A stretch of DNA of 64,000 bases. Source: Paramecium tetraurelia. Lineage: Eukaryota. Below, one piece after another: positions 26,355 through 39,678 of this stretch. How positions within the stretch are numbered: the first letter of the stretch is position 1; each line of letters begins with the position of its first letter. The translations under genes were made by a program, and so were the position numbers. Below the pieces are notes generated by a model, which saw only the letters and a program-made list of their open reading frames with translations, was not told the DNA's origin and did no database searches. The DNA is taken from the NCBI GenBank assembly GCA_000165425.1, contig CT868318.1, positions 585,067 through 649,066 on the forward strand. The letters run 5' to 3'.

Positions 26355-27099
26355 ATGGATTAATAATAACAGGACTAAGTTTAATATACAACTTATGAGA
26401 ATTTGCAAGATTAAGAGATTTAAAAAAACGATCTAAGTGATTGGAAATAGCAGTTTTTATTTATCGACAGCTTAAGAGCTTAGAACAAATTTCACAATGA
26501 TTAATTTAAAATTTAGGAATGGTGGGATTAACTTTAACCCTTAACTGATAGTATAAGAAGCAATGTGTCCAAAAATGCTTTGATGCTGATTAAAGAAACA
26601 AGTATTAATAGTTAAAATATAAAGTCTAACAAAATAATGTTTACGATGAAAAAATTCTTCATAAATTATTTGAAAAATGTGAAAGTGATTTTAAGTTTTT
26701 AAAAAATGAAGCTTTGCAAACACTTGAAATTCTATCGCATAAGCCATACTCTGATTAACTCATCTAGATCTTGTGTAATATCACATTATAGTCCAATTAT
26801 GTAAAATACACAATTTACAATAGAAATTACAAACACATTCTTACCCTACCTTGGTGAAAATAGTGTTAGCCTCCGATTTTAATTGCGATTGGGACAATAT
26901 TATCAAAGTTACCGTATAAGTTTACAATGGCAAAAGTGTTGAATGTAAAAAAGCTAGTGACTAACTATACTTGGCGCTTTAAAAGCAGAGACCAGAAGTA
27001 TTAGAAAAGGAAGAATAACTAAAATTGATAGGAGAGAGAATAAATAAGAAAGGGCCACAACAAGGGTTTAAAGATTTCTTATCAAAATAAAAGAAATGA
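26355..27099 (+). CDS. Single TOG/CLASP-N HEAT-repeat protein
   Basis: SDWKQQFLFIDSLRAQNKFH...LTDSIRSNVSKNALMLIKE...LFEKCESDFKFLKNEALQTL matches the TOG pattern (W..., S-x-RS-x-V-x-K-x-A, K...F). Two 23-nt introns. Confidence 0.65.
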
Positions 27100-27746
27100 T
27101 TCTGAATTTATTTATTTAAATAAGTAAATGCTGATCTAAGAAAGTTAAATAATAATTAATATATAATGTAAATAGATCTTATAAATTATTGTTTAATAAT
27201 TTATCATATTGATCACTAAGAATATAACTAATAAGGATAAAAATACTTGTAGAATATTCATAAAATGTTCAGGCTTAGTTGCCATGTTATAATAAGAAAT
27301 TATAATCAAACCTATAAATTTAAAAAATTCAAATTTCTACATTATTCTGTTCTGTATATTTAATTCAATTTTCATAGTGAAACCTATTGATTTATTTATA
27401 TTTCATTTTATCTACATGTAGAAAAGAACAATTATTTTTGGATGGAAATCTGTTTAGTTTCTAAATTTTGTTGGATTTTATTTTTATTATTAAAAAATAA
27501 CCTCCTTTTTTTATTGCAAGAATTATAATAATAATTTGAGTAAGGCCTCGATTAAAATTAATATACTTGAATAATTTTGAACTTAAGAATTAGTTGGTTT
27601 TAAAAGTATTCTGCCAAATTTTGATTATTATTTGAACCATCTTTTTGCTTAAATGTAAGTTGAAATGTTTCCAAATCTAATAATGAATGTAGAGTCGTCG
27701 ATGATTAATAATAATAATATTAAATTTAGCTATCCCAAAAATTTAC

Positions 27747-28441
27747 ATGATGGACTAGATTTAAGTCATCCTAGTGAAAGAGCATTTCGAAAACGATTGT
27801 ACAGAGATTAGGTTTTTGGTCAATAACCAAGAGGTTTTACCGAAAATAAGTATCAAATTAATAGAAGATTATTCTGAGGAATTTTCATCAGCTCTATATA
27901 AACATCTATTGAATCACGTTTAGAAGGAGTGTCGTTTTCTATACTTTGTAAGTTAATGATATACTATTAATTTTCATAGAACGAGCCTTTGGAATGCAAG
28001 AAACAAAAAAGGTTCAATTTGATCTCTCAATTAGGAGTAGATGTTATACTAAAAATATTAAACTTAAATTATATACCAATAATTCGAACTAATTATTCTC
28101 GTTATATCCTTGAAGACGTAATTTTTACCACTTAGCCTTTTCAAAAGGGTAAAAGATCGGTAATAGAAAAACTGAATTAAAGTTGGGAAACATAATGCAG
28201 ATTGAAATCTAAAATCACAAAAGAATTCCTTTAAATCATAGAAGAATTCAAATTTTACTACCGTATAGATATATTAATCACTTCAAATTTCAAGCCAATA
28301 AAATAGGAAAAGTATTCGGACTATGATGTACTTTATGTACCAACTGAAGAGTTAATATTTTTAAAAACCAATAAAAAATAATAGTTATCGCTCTTATTTC
28401 AGAATTTAGAGCAAATAATTAAACATGATTAGTTAATTTGA
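27747..28441 (+). CDS. Hypothetical protein
   Basis: MMDQIQVILVKEHFENDCTEIRF... is open with one 32-nt intron and ends IKHDQLI TGA. Confidence 0.55.
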
Positions 28442-28533
28442 ATTGATATATTATATTAAGGCAACATATCTAAAATATGTATCTAAAATATTTTCAATAT
28501 AAACTTAATAATTAAATAAAAACTTATTTGCAA

Positions 28534-29587
28534 ATGGCTTAATAAACTCCAAAACATAATAATTCTAACAAGATTAATTCCAATTTACAATTATCTTCTA
28601 ATTAAAAACAATTTGTAAATGCATCGTAAACCATCGATAATGATGTGATTTCTAGTAAAAAGAAGGTAAAATAAAATACTGAAATTTAGGAAGTTTATGA
28701 CAGATTGATGAGTTCTTAAACAAATAGAGACAATCAAACAGAAGTATCCTAATACTTTGATCATTTAGGAGGTAAATTTGATTGAATATAAAACAAAAAG
28801 GCAAATGTCTATGTGCATTATGTAACTGTGGCAAACACAAATGTAATGGCAAAAATTGCTTACACAAACCCTAATTACATGGAAATTACACTATTTATTA
28901 AAAGGAATATCAGAAGAAGACTCCAGAAACTGGGTCTCGATATAATCAGAATATATTCACCCAACCTAAGGCAGAAGGAGATCTAGGGAATGTGACAACA
29001 TATAAAGTATTTGTCTACATTCTACTTAATTAGCATGATTTTCCAGGATATGAGAGCAAAGCTGAACTACACAAGAATTCATAGAAACCTACAGTAAGTG
29101 GAGTCCCTTTTTCTGGATTGTCAACCTACAACAATATGTACTTGAATTGGGGAATGGGTGATACACCTCAACTACTACCTTAAAATAATCCTACTATTAT
29201 AAAGGAAATGCCTTTTATGGGAAGGAGCATCTACAAAGACAGTTATTAAGGAGTGTAAGCTCCTCCAGCATAGAGTTGTAAAAACATGAACAAAGCCATG
29301 AAGTATATTGTTTAACTATGTAGATCCCCATTATCTCCCCCAGATTTGCAATTTTCTGCTGAATCTATAGCTAAATCTTCGTATAAACCCTTTAGAACCG
29401 ATAGAGTACCCACAGCTAAGAGCTAATAAAATGTACTCCTTCATTTTTAATAATATAGGCAAACTTAAATCCTTCTTATAATGGCTAATACAATAGTGAA
29501 TATCGTAAAGAATTTGATCCAAAAAATTTGAATCAATGTCCAGCAAAGGAAGTTTTGGAGGAAGTTGCTCGTAATACATAATTTTGA
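28534..29587 (+). CDS. SAXO/STOP-like microtubule-stabilising protein
   Basis: The Cys motif KCLCALCNCGKHKC resembles the SAXO/FAM154 N-terminus and is followed by T/S-x-Y-x-x-x-Y/F repeats (TIYQKEY, TTYKHDF, SIYKDSY). Several short introns. Confidence 0.65.
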
Positions 29588-29674
29588 AGATTAAAATGAT
29601 TATGATTAAAGATAAAAAATAAAACTAAAATTTTGACATATTATTATTATTATCAAAGAATATAACAACTTTCA

Positions 29675-31476
29675 ATGAGCGGAAGAGATTTTCATTTTTA
29701 TAGAAGGAGAGATAAATATCCTAGACAAGACTCTTTTGTTGAGCAATAATCAACTCCTAATTTTGTTGAAGATGGTTCTTTTGTGGGAACCATAGAAAGA
29801 AAAATTCAACATTAAAATCAAACAATAAATAATCTAATTAAAGCATTTGAAGATTCAAGATTTGAATAATAAAGATAGATCTAATATTTAGAAAGATTAA
29901 AGCAAGCCGAAGAACAAAAATACAGTATCTAAATTTTAGAAGAACTCAAAACTTTGAAATAGAAGATCAAAAAGATTGAACAAAGTCCACCAGTTCTGTA
30001 ATCTACCCCTTAAATGTATTAATAACCCTTTTTCCCTCCCTTGCCAGGATAATTTTAATAGGGATTTCCACCATAATAATATAATTATGCTTAGGTTCCA
30101 TATTCATAGAATCCATTTCATTAACAGAGTTAACCCATTCAACCTTAATAATATTTAAATCATCAACAATAACTTAAGCCAAAAAGACCAAAAGAAATGG
30201 ACACTTTGCATAAGTTTCTGTTGAAAATGTTACATGAGAAAGAACAGCAAAAGAATAAGGATAATAAGCCCAAAGATAATTCAGATATTCGTTATGTGAC
30301 CGATATTGAGTCCTCCTAAAATTACTCCTCTAATAGACAGAATCAATAAACACCTTTATTAAAATCAAGATCATAGAGAAGATCTTAAAAACTAAAACAA
30401 AATGGTATTCGAAAAGGCCATTCAGAAAATTCTTAATATATAATTCGAAAATAATCCTAATTATCATAACAATAATCATTAGGAGTAGGTTCGTAAAAGC
30501 CGTCTTCAAAAAAGTTAGTATTAACTCAGCTAAGATTGAAATAACTCATGAGAAAATTTAAAGGAGCAGTTAGATATTTTTGGATAGCTTTGACTTATTT
30601 AAAATTTTGTAAAAAGATTTGGAATTAAAAGTTGGTCTCCTTTAAGCAATATTCTCAGGATCAGATAGGATCTTATGATCCATAGTTTGTAAAAATATTA
30701 ATATAACCATATATAGAACTACCTGTCAGTCATTTCATAGTTTTATAGAGAATGCACACTCAAGAAACAATTGGATAAATCATGGGTCTTTACTTAAACC
30801 ATAGATATTCAGGCAAGATGTCAGACTATGCTCAACGCATTGGAGATATTTTTTAGATACTTGATAGTTTAACCTCTGGACTTTACTAAGGAACACATTG
30901 AATTCATGAGAAAATTTTCACTTCCAAAAGGATATCTGTTAATTGGACACAGTAAATATGTTACTAGCAGAATGAATTTAAGACCAAATAATACTTTAAA
31001 GTAAAATTGTAATTAAAATTTAAGTATTGAAACACCTGAGCAATCATAGATGTTACTGATGGAATACTCTTTCATTTAAATTTTATTACCTTAAATAGTT
31101 GAAGCTGATTTTTGGAAAAAGTTGGTAAATTACAAGGAAGCGTTAAAAGTGTTTGTCTCCGTACTCCATTATTTATTTATTGATAGATTTTACAACTTAC
31201 CGCTTAGTAAATAACAACTACCTTTTAATGTACATTTATAAAATACTATTTAAGAAAGATTACGTTCCTATCTTCGACTTTTCAAGAAATCCAGTTGAAG
31301 GATTCTACTAATTAATTGATTCAAATAATCCTTAATATGTTGAATCTAAAGAAGAAGTGATTTTAGGATTGTACTCTAAGGCTTAATTGCACCCTTTAAT
31401 TTTGCATGTAGGATTTAAGAAGGTCTAAGAAAATTTTAAATAATATTGTGATTTAATTTATTCTTTAATAAAATGA
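29675..31476 (+). CDS. Hypothetical protein (coiled coil plus P/Q-rich segment)
   Basis: MSGRDFHFIEGEINILDK... forms a long ciliate-code ORF with several short introns, ending at TGA 31474-31476. Confidence 0.65.
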
Positions 31477-31722
31477 ATACTTAAGAAAATTAAATTCACA
31501 TATTTTACAATGCATTATTTTTGGTAATTATAAGTATCCTTTCTATAAACAAAATGATTAGGCCTGAGGATTTGAAGACTTCTTCTTAGAAGATATTGTT
31601 TAACAATATGGGATGTGTTTTATAAATAAGTGCTTAACTACTTAATTTTAACTATTATTATATGTTTAATGGAAAATAAAAAACTTTCTTTTTAAATATC
31701 AATAGGTTGTGATTGACAAGAA

Positions 31723-32382
31723 TCATAGTTCAATGTTTCTTTTTAATTCACTATAGAATATATTGGTGCCTGTATGAGATTCTGAAATTTATTGGATATT
31801 TTTTTTTTCTTATAAGTTAAAGACACATGCGGAATTCAGTTATACTTCGATTATATCTATTAATAATTGTAGATATTCGATGAATGGAGCCTCAATACTT
31901 GGTTTCTAAGATTTCACATCCATTTTGAATTCCTATATCAGGACTCGTTTTCGTATTTAAAAGTAGTTAGAATTCCACCATATTTCTTGTTTCGAATTTA
32001 AGGTTTTTATGGCTAAGTATGATTCGATTAGGATCTACTTAAATAAAGATCTTACCTTGACTACGCAAAGTTCGAGCATAGGAAAAGCGACATTCAAAAA
32101 ATTTTGTTGAAATGGTATATAATAAGAATTGATCAGAATCCTTAAGTACTTATGAAGGGTATTGTGTGCAATACTTCTATCACTTTCGAAAAGTAGTTTC
32201 TGTTTGATTATAGTCATCTATGAATCTATTATTAGGAAGAGATTCAAGACAGAGTTCCTTAATTAGATTGAAATAGATTCTAGATTCTTTCTGGTATCCT
32301 CCTCGTCGAGAATTTTCATAATTTCTTATGAGTTGTAAATTTTGATTTTTATTTTCTTACCAGTAGAGCACAATTCTCCCAT
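31723..32382 (-). CDS. Hypothetical protein with N-terminal MGxxCS acylation motif, possibly IST1-like
   Basis: Intronless ORF of about 219 aa, MGELCSTGKKIKIK...KPSIEAPFIEYLQ...LKRNIEL TGA. Confidence 0.6.
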
Positions 32383-32605
32383 TATGTTAAATAATATAAA
32401 TTATTTTATTAAAATTAATCTGTTTCTAAATCATATAACGTAAGAAACGAAACTCAATCCCCTTAATTAAGAGCCTGACTAATAAAGAAATTTAAAAATC
32501 AAAAAATTTCATTTTAAGTAAATGTTATTTTAGTTTAAAGTAAATTATGAGTAATAAAAGATATGTCTTATAAATCTTATTTTACATTTATACTCAATCA
32601 ATAAA

Positions 32606-33728
32606 TCAATACAAATTTAATTTGGTAACAATAATTACTTTACAAGTTTAATCCAACCCGCACAAACAAGCCAGTCCTAAAATTTCTAAAATTTCATTTA
32701 CCCAATTTGTCAGAATTCCAATCCAAAGATGAAATCGGCTGTTAACATATCTCTTATTTGTTGAGTAATTCTAATTTTCCTATAACTCCCTTAGGTTTTC
32801 CTTCAGCATCTTAGATCTATCTTTATGATGGATACGAATATTTATAAATATTTAAAGCACCATCTCCTCCCTGGGTTGCAAATACATCTCTGTTCTAAGG
32901 TAAATGTTTGACTCCCCAAATAGTGGACTTTTATCCTTCATGTGTTAGTGATGCATACCCATTATTGAAAGTTCTCAAATCAAAAACATTAATTTTGCCT
33001 AAATTTAATCTATAATTACTTTCTAAGGTAGTGGCTATTAACTTATTCATTTAGATATCCTTTCTATCAAATTCAATCCCGCAGATTCCATTTTTTACAT
33101 TAGTATCCCAAATCAACTGATTTTATTTTAGATCAAATAGCTTAATATCTCCATTATCATAACCACAGGCAATAACACGTTCATCATTATATGAATTACC
33201 AAATGCAACACTCCAAGCATCAGGTATAACATCTTTTCCTATGGGCTCTAATGATACAACTGGGGCTGCTTATCTTGGATCCCATACTCTTACACATCCA
33301 TCTCTGGAACCAGTTACAATTTCAGGAGCTCCAATATTGAAACAAGTATCAATCGAATTAATTATTTGATCGTGTGCCTTAACTTCAAATGTGGTCTAAT
33401 ATGTAATTAAACTCTACTTTTCTAGTTTCTAGATCTATAACTTTCAGTTTTCCATCAAAATCACCAAATGCAAATAAATTATCCAAAAATTATCCACATT
33501 TTATTCCTTTAGGTTATTCAATCTAATGATATATGTATTTATAACTGATGCTAAGGTTTGAAGTTCTGTTTTATTCAACTACAATATTTCAATAATTCCG
33601 TTTGCTTTAGGTGGCTGACCACATAATACAAATTTTGCAGTTCCTGGAATCCATCTTGTGACAAAAGGAGTGAAGTTTAGTGATTTATTGAGATGCTCAA
33701 TAATTTAAGGGGCATTTGTTGTGTCCAT
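32606..33728 (-). CDS. WDR92: WD repeat protein 92 (dynein axonemal assembly factor 10)
   Basis: [69 protein letters not shown] and C-terminal [16 protein letters not shown]. Confidence 0.93.
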
Positions 33729-33795
33729 TATTTATTTATTAATTATTTAATTATCATTTTAATATATGCAAAATTAATTATAAAATTTTGTATTT

Positions 33796-34062
33796 TCATT
33801 GTAATTCCCTTAATCTCTTAATCGTTGTTGAATGCAATGAACTATCAAGGTACTTGTTTATATGATTTAATAATCGTATTTTTTTAACATAACCACAACT
33901 CTCTGATGACTCCATTGAAACTGATGTTGATACTTCTGTGGGTTCCCACACTTATTTTACATATTCTAATCCATTTTTATCGCCTTCGCTTAATAATTCT
34001 TAAAATATTTATTCATCAAAATGTTTAGATGCAAGTTTCAAGCATACAGCTTCAGAATTCAT
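33796..34062 (-). CDS. Small hypothetical protein (about 88 aa)
   Basis: MNSEAVCLKLASKHFDEQIF...IKRLRELQ TGA, intronless, with AT-rich flanks. Confidence 0.5.
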
Positions 34063-34377
34063 TAATTATTTATCAATTAATATAAATTTTTATTTACTAT
34101 CAGTTCTAATTATAAGTTATCAAAATTCTACTTCCATACGGCCTGATTTCTGCGAATCAATATCAATTCCAATGTGTGCAATTATTTGTAATAATATTTA
34201 CTTAACAAACTTGCAATTTATTTGACTTTTTAACTTTAATTCCGCATCTCATCAAATTACTAGATAATTTTATAGTTATGGTAGAATAGTTATAAATGAA
34301 TTTACTTTCTATATAAAAGTAATGACAACAAATTAAAGAATTACATTAAATAAAAATAAAAATCAATTCCTCATTAT

Positions 34378-34705
34378 TCATTTATTCTATTTTTTTAAAT
34401 ATGTAATGAATTGTCTATTATTTTTTTTTGGTTTTTAAAAGCTAAAGAAGCTTTTTGATTTTCTTTCTCTAACAGTCTAATCTGTTATGATTTCATTCAT
34501 CTCAGTACTAATTTATGTACAAAGTCTAGTTGATAAATTTAATAAAATTCCTTGCGTGTCAACTAATTTGCACTCTAATTCGCTTAGTTTATTTTTTAAA
34601 AAGAGGATTTATTCAGATTTCTTAATTAATTCCTAGTCTTAATTCTAAATAATTTAAACTTGCTCTTCGTAAAGTGCAGTATAGGTTAAATTTGATTTGT
34701 TCATT
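34378..34705 (-). CDS. Small hypothetical coiled-coil protein
   Basis: MNKSNLTYTALYEEQVQIIQNQDQELIKKSEQILFLKNKLSELECKL... ending at TGA near 34378. Confidence 0.5.
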
Positions 34706-34919
34706 AAAGGAGTATGAATCATTGATTAAGAAATGAAATTACTTAAATAAATTTAACAAATAAATTGTAAATAATTTCAATTGTAATTCAATATTCAAAT
34801 TAAGTTATTCTTAACAATCCTTCACTTGTAAATAAAGAACTCTAGAATGAATAAATTCAAAATTCAAGAATAGTAATTTGTAATTTATACAATATAAATT
34901 ATAAATAATTAATACAAAA

Positions 34920-36915
34920 ATGTGTGACACAAAATGTGAATGCATACCTTTGTAATTAATCAAATCTCTTTAAAAGAAACAGAAGATTTCTGATATTGAC
35001 TTACAAGGCTGCAATGTAGAGCATTTAACATAATTGAACCAAATCAAACAAGAAGTAGAGAAATTATATTTAGCATCAAATCGAATTTAAAATTTAGAAT
35101 ATATGCCATTAAATCTACTCTATTTGGACATATCCAATAATAGTATTGCTAATGTAGACTATCTATAGCAATTATAAAAATTAAGAGTGCTGAGGTGTGG
35201 AAATAATTTAATAGAGCAATTTGAAATTCATTTACCATAACTTGAGATTTTGGATATATCGAATAATTATTTAGATAAATTGCCAAACAAAATACCGAAT
35301 TTGCTTTCTCTGAACATCTACGCTAATTCATTTAAGAATTATGAGAATGATGCTAAATTGAAATACAAAAAATTATAAATATTGGATGGTTGCATTATTT
35401 AGCAATCATTGGAAACAGAATACATAATAAAACTGCAGGAACAGCAATTAGCTTAGAAATTTTAAATGAACATAGATTATTTGAATAAGTGGAGACAAGA
35501 GGTTTTCAAATAATTGGTTTAAAATAAATAATACAAATTACTTACTTATGATCATTTCAAAACCATTTAGCAATTAGTTTTAAAGAACTTTGGACAAATG
35601 AAATATCTTTAGATGATTGAAAAGAGAACCAGATAATTGTAGTAATTATAAAAAAAGTTGTTTAAGTGTTCAAGTAAATTAAAGAGACAATAACAATAAA
35701 AGCAACATGAATAATAATTTTTGATTTATTCCCTTAAACATCTGTTAGAAGAGGAAACTTAAGATGAAAAACTAGATGTTTTAATAAAAAAATGTTCAGA
35801 ATAAATAACTAAAATGAAATAACAAAATTTATCAATCCAAATATAGATGTAGGGAATATAATAAGAAAATGAACATTTAAAGGCACAAGTTGATCACTTT
35901 AAATCAATGTATAATTAAATAAGTAAGTTTATTGACTCAATATCTTTTAGAGCAGATTAATCTAAAGAATGAAGATTCTAGTAATTAAGATAAGAGCAAA
36001 GGTTTTGTGAATTTGTATTCGTAGATTAAGAATTTAGAGGAAGAAAAATTGAAATTGCAATTTGAATTAAATAGTTGCTAAGAAAGATAGAATGTTGAAA
36101 TATTGCATATTAAAGCATAATTGGAATAACAAATAGCTTTATTAGGACAAGAGAATTAGTTTCATAAACAAAAGTTTAATCTATAATAAGAGGAGATTAA
36201 AATAAAAATGGATTAAATTTAATAGCAATATGAAAAACAATTATCATTATAAAATGTAGAGCATTAAACACAATGTGATAAAATAAGAAGTGACTATTAG
36301 TAAATAATAGATAATTATGTACTTAAGGATTAATAAAAAAACTCTGATATTTTGAAGTTAAGAGATTTGTAAAATGATTTAGAATTATAAATAAGATAAA
36401 TTAGATAGGAAGGAGATTTTAGTTAAAGAGAATATTCAAATTAAATTAAAGAATTGCAATTATAAATTAGATAATAGAAAGAGAAAATAATAGACCAAGA
36501 GAATTTAATATTACAACTCAAATAGGAAATGTAGAAGTAATAAGAGATTGTTGAAAAGTAATTAGAATAAGCTAATCTTGAACAACAAGAAATCTAAAAT
36601 TAATTATAAAAAACTATATTTGATTAAAGCAATGAAATCTAGGAGTAGAAAGCTTCTAAAAATAAACTCTCAAAGTAAAATATGGATTTGCTAAAAATGA
36701 TAGAGATGAAGGATGGGGTAATTAGATCATTAACACTTGAGTCAACAAAAAAAATGGAGAATAAGTAACTTTAAGCTACAGGAGAGCAGAAATATCAAAC
36801 CCTTCCTGATTAAAAATTCAGCACTCTATTCAATTAAAGTGAATAAAAAGTATTATCAGCTTAAAGTGAATTAGAAAGAAAAGCCTTATAAATATTATAA
36901 GATGATGATTATTGA
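34920..36915 (+). CDS. Leucine-rich repeat plus coiled-coil protein
   Basis: LRR units VEKLYLASNRIQNL, LLYLDISNNSI, LRVLRCGNNLI, LEILDISNNYL and cap LQILDG, followed by a long Q/E/K coiled coil. One 28-nt intron near 35923. Confidence 0.8.
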
Positions 36916-36948
36916 ATTATCGTTAATTTTATAAATAACAACTTTTTA

Positions 36949-37746
36949 TCACAACTCTGGATAGTAGAATACAGAACCACAGGAAACCAATGGCTAAGCA
37001 GAAAACTAAGAGTAATTCTCTTTTTCCTCTATCTCCTCATCTTCTCCGTTCAATTTGCAATTACAAGTTCGAATTTATAATTACTCATCAAAACAAACTT
37101 TTAGTTATCCTAAAAAGAATTTCCCTGTCACTTCTACGGAGAATTAAATTATTAAATACAATGTTTGAAACAAGAGAAAGTAATCTTAGCACTTGAACCT
37201 AATACTGCTGCAAAGGCATTTCTTATATCAGATTCAACTAATGGTCTACTATCATCAGGATAAATTTCAGATTTAGCCAAAATCGAATAATAGTTGTATT
37301 TTTATGCTAATCCTGCTGCTGTCTAAAAGAAATAATTCTATGAGACTTCCCCTGGGTAGCAGGTACCATGTTTTTCCCATTCATATCTTCATATAACCTC
37401 TATATATATACCCTCTAAAAGCTTCGGTGTCTGAATATAAGCCATTCCAAACCAAATTCAATACATCTTTAGTATTTTATTATATTTTAGATGAATCATA
37501 TGGATCTGTTCTACAATATTGGATTGATCCACAAGATGAGGTTAGTTAAGTATTAGGCCATAAACCATGTATATTCCAGCGTTGTCCATCATATTTTCCC
37601 ATATATGGACAGCTAGGTTCAACATTGCATACAGATCCAACCCATTCTTATGCTAGGATGTACATATAGGTTGTAGCTTCTAATGAGTATGAAGCATTAA
37701 TCAAAATACAAAGAACTACAAAAACTTGTATATTTCTTGCTTTCAT
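36949..37746 (-). CDS. Secreted ribonuclease T2
   Basis: Signal peptide, CAS-I WNIHGLWP, CAS-II FRGYEWEKHGTC and C-terminal VFYYP, with two introns. Confidence 0.9.
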
Positions 37747-38395
37747 TACGTATTTGATCAAATATTGTTTAAATATTTATAATTTATTCGTGTAGAATAA
37801 TTGTTGTTATTATTATATTTTAGATATGTAGTATTTGAAATTAGAACCAATATCTAAGTATTTTATTTGTATACCATTAATAACACTAGTTGTACTTATT
37901 ATTGGTTAAACTATTATTGAAATTATTATTACAATTCTATGACAATAACTAATCATATACATTAAAAACCTTATATAGATTAAAATGTCTAACAAATTTT
38001 GTTAAATATGTTTTTCACCTAATAAAGTGTCTAGTACATAGTATTTTGAAAGATCTTTTTCTTCTTGATATCTACTGCTCTTTTTGAACTACTAAAGAAG
38101 AGAATATGAAGGATTTGATTTATTTTGAAAATGAATGGGATTGAAGAGTTTTCATGATTTTAAGGCAGAAAGTTGCGTGAAATGAAAAAATGAGATTATT
38201 TTATATACAAATATGATGACGGTATCGTTAATTTTTATTGACTTTATAGTAATTTAATTTTGATTAAATATAAATCAATATAGAATCGAATATATTATTA
38301 ATTTTATAACAATGACGTAAAAGTTTATATTTTAATGACTTCAAATCTAGTAATTTAAATGCTATGATCAAATTGTTTGACATTAATAATAAATC

Positions 38396-39371
38396 ATGTC
38401 CAAAACAATATTAGCATTAGGAACTATAGCTTTGATTGGAGCTCTATTAATGGCCAACTAACCTTAATCTGTTGATTATGTTTCTAAGTTTGAAGCATTC
38501 AAGTAGAGATTCGGAAAAAGATATGGATCAACAGAGGAAGCATACAGATTGGCTGTCTACACCCAGAACTTATTATTTGCTGAAGCTCACAATCTATAGA
38601 AAGGAAAGAGAGTATTTGGAGAAACTATCTTTTTCGATTTGACTCAAGAAGAATTTGCATAAATATATCTCACAGCCCAGGCAACTGAAGAAGACTTGAA
38701 TGTGACAAGAGTCTCTGCTAGATCAAACAACCTCCAAGCTTCAGTAGATTGGACTACTTAAGGTGCTGTGACTCCAATCAAAGATCAAGGATAATGTGGT
38801 TCTTGCTGGACTTTCAGTACAACAGGTGTTTTGGAGAGTTTCTTCTATCTCACAACAGGAGAATTGCCAGATCTATCAGAATAACAATTATTGGACTGCT
38901 CAACAGTTATCGATTTCAACAAGGGTTGCGATGGAGGTTTACCAGCTAGAGCTTTGAACTACGTTAAAAGAAATGGTATTACTACTGGTGCAGCTTATCC
39001 ATATGTAATTAATATTTTTAATTTAGACTGCCGTTCAAGGAACATGCAAAATTAAGGGAGGTGCCTATCACATTAAAGGATCTTAAGTTTTGGCCAAGGA
39101 TGAGGAAACTTTGGTTGCCTACTTAAACAAGGGACCAGTCTCAGTCGGAGTAGATGCCACTAACTGGTAATACTATAGTCCAAAGGATGAAAAAGTGTTC
39201 AGTGATTGTGATACTAAAATGAATCACGTAGTATTGGCTGTAGGATATGACGATAAGGCATTCAAACTCAAGAACTCTTGGTCAACTAGTTGGGGAGTCA
39301 AGGGATATATCTTTTTGGCCAGAGGAAAAAACACTTGTGGTATCTATGATACAAACGTTGTTCCAATTTGA
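38396..39371 (+). CDS. Papain-family cysteine protease, cathepsin L-like
   Basis: Signal peptide, I29 prodomain (FFDLTQEEF), SVDW, QGQCGSCWTF, LSEQQLLDC, GCDGG, NHVVLAVGY and KNSWSTSWGVKGY, with one intron. Confidence 0.95.
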
Positions 39372-39678
39372 TTAATCACATTATATTTTATAAGGGCATT
39401 ATTAAATTATTAATTATTACATTTCATTCTGTAAATGAATAATTCAACTATATTGTTGAAGGAATCTCGAGAGTATCTATTAATTCATGATAGATAAGGA
39501 TAATAATGATATCTCTTATAACTTCATTCATATATTATTTAATAGCATAAAAATGAAGTAAAATTAGACAGTTTCTTAAGTTCTAAAATAATATCTATGA
39601 ATAGAGTAATTCAGATTAAAAATTAAGTTTTGAGGAAGTATTCAATTAATTTATAATAATAATTTATAATATAATTTG

